From a virus (Duplodnaviria > Heunggongvirae > Uroviricota > Caudoviricetes), in the IMG/VR virus record IMGVR_UViG_2778261643_000006: DNA of 16,978 bases. One strand, given 5' to 3'. The position numbers and the translations under genes were made by a program. Each line of letters starts with the position of its first letter. The first letter of the stretch is position 1. The notes below the pieces were generated by a model that worked only from the letters and a program-made list of their open reading frames with translations, was not told where the DNA came from and did no database searches. Shown here piece by piece: positions 16,416-16,978 of the stretch.

Positions 16416-16616
16416 TTGTCCCGTAAAATGACAGGAATTGTCAAAACCTTTGACGGCAAAAGCGGCAAGGGTCTTATCACCCCATCCGATGGTCGTATCG
16501 ATGTCCAGCTTCATGTTTCAGCGCTCAATCTCCGCGATGCAGAAGAAATTACCACCGGATTACGCGTGGAATTTTGCCGGATAAATGGTCTGCGTGGCCC
16601 TTCAGCTGCCAGGTGA
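16416..16616 (+). CDS. cspF: Cold-shock-like protein CspF, 3' end interrupted by IS1 (last codons and stop supplied by the IS1 terminus)
   Basis: TTG start at 16416 with TAAGGAA 5 nt upstream; [27 protein letters not shown]...[16 protein letters not shown]. The ORF stops at TGA 16614-16616, inside the IS1 left end beginning at 16612 (GCC AGG TGA). CspA-family proteins normally extend a few residues past GPxAA. Confidence 0.75.
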   Translation: MSRKMTGIVKTFDGKSGKGLITPSDGRIDVQLHVSALNLRDAEEITTGLRVEFCRINGLRGPSAAR

Positions 16617-16666
16617 TGCTGCCAACTTACTGATTTAGTGTATGATGGTGTTTTTGAGGTGCTCCA

Positions 16667-16942
16667 GTGGCTTCTGTTTCTATCAGCTGTCCCTCCTGTT
16701 CAGCTACTGACGGGGTGGTGCGTAACGGCAAAAGCACCGCCGGACATCAGCGCTATCTCTGCTCTCACTGCCGTAAAACATGGCAACTGCAGTTCACTTA
16801 CACCGCTTCTCAACCCGGTACGCACCAGAAAATCATTGATATGGCCATGAATGGCGTTGGATGCCGGGCAACAGCCCGCATTATGGGCGTTGGCCTCAAC
16901 ACGATTTTACGTCACTTAAAAAACTCAGGCCGCAGTCGGTAA
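16667..16942 (+). CDS. insA: IS1 InsA (transposition regulator; upstream frame of the InsAB' transposase)
   Basis: 91 aa, [91 protein letters not shown], matching IS1 InsA. Confidence 0.95.
16918..16924 (+). other. IS1 A6C programmed -1 frameshift motif (InsA to InsAB')
   Basis: AAAAAAC within TTAAAAAACTC near the 3' end of insA, at the position of the known IS1 frameshift site. Confidence 0.8.
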
Positions 16943-16978
16943 CCTCGCGCATACAGCCGGGCAGTGACGTCATCGTCT

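Larger units (their letters stand above)
16612..16978 (+). mobile_element. IS1 insertion sequence, left part (about 367 of 768 bp; continues beyond the window)
   Basis: Sequence from 16612 (GGTGATGCTGCCAACTTACTGATTTAGTGTATGATGGTG...) matches the canonical IS1 left inverted repeat and insA region as recalled, through to the window end. Confidence 0.95.

Noticed and set aside
16638-16850. Plus-strand 70-aa ORF overlapping insA in another frame
   Set aside because: It lies inside IS1 overlapping the well-known insA frame and is not a known IS1 product.

Overview
This window is the late region of a lambdoid prophage from an Escherichia/Shigella-type genome, resembling the E. coli K-12 Qin prophage and phage 21, but with intact packaging and head genes. 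Almost all genes are on the minus strand, so phage transcription runs from high to low coordinates. Right to left: a partial IS1 (16612 to window end, insA intact) inserted into the 3' end of cspF; cspB; a small zinc-ribbon gene; a lysis cassette (S21-type pinholin, YdfR-like gene, SAR endolysin, Rz with embedded Rz1); an accessory island of small genes (cspI, YnfN-like, gnsB-like, DUF1398/YdfO-like, two convergent small ORFs); a lambda-like cos region with an adjacent octamer tandem repeat; terminase small and large subunits; gpW-like protein; portal; a single-ORF prohead protease-scaffold-major capsid fusion; DUF2190-like head protein; FII-, Z-, U-, V-like proteins; G/T tail chaperones with a probable -1 frameshift; and the 5' part of the tape-measure gene. 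No rRNA, tRNA or CRISPR array was found. No known defence-system hallmark (large ATPase, nuclease, reverse transcriptase or methyltransferase ORF) is present, so any undescribed system here would have to be built from small proteins. The best candidates are the small-gene island at about 10.8-13.0 kb and the extra gene inside the lysis cassette. All identifications rest on reading the translations and recalling lambda, P21, IS1 and K-12 Qin proteins; no database search was run. The ORF track uses non-ATG starts in places, so several starts were re-assigned to internal ATG/GTG codons with Shine-Dalgarno support.
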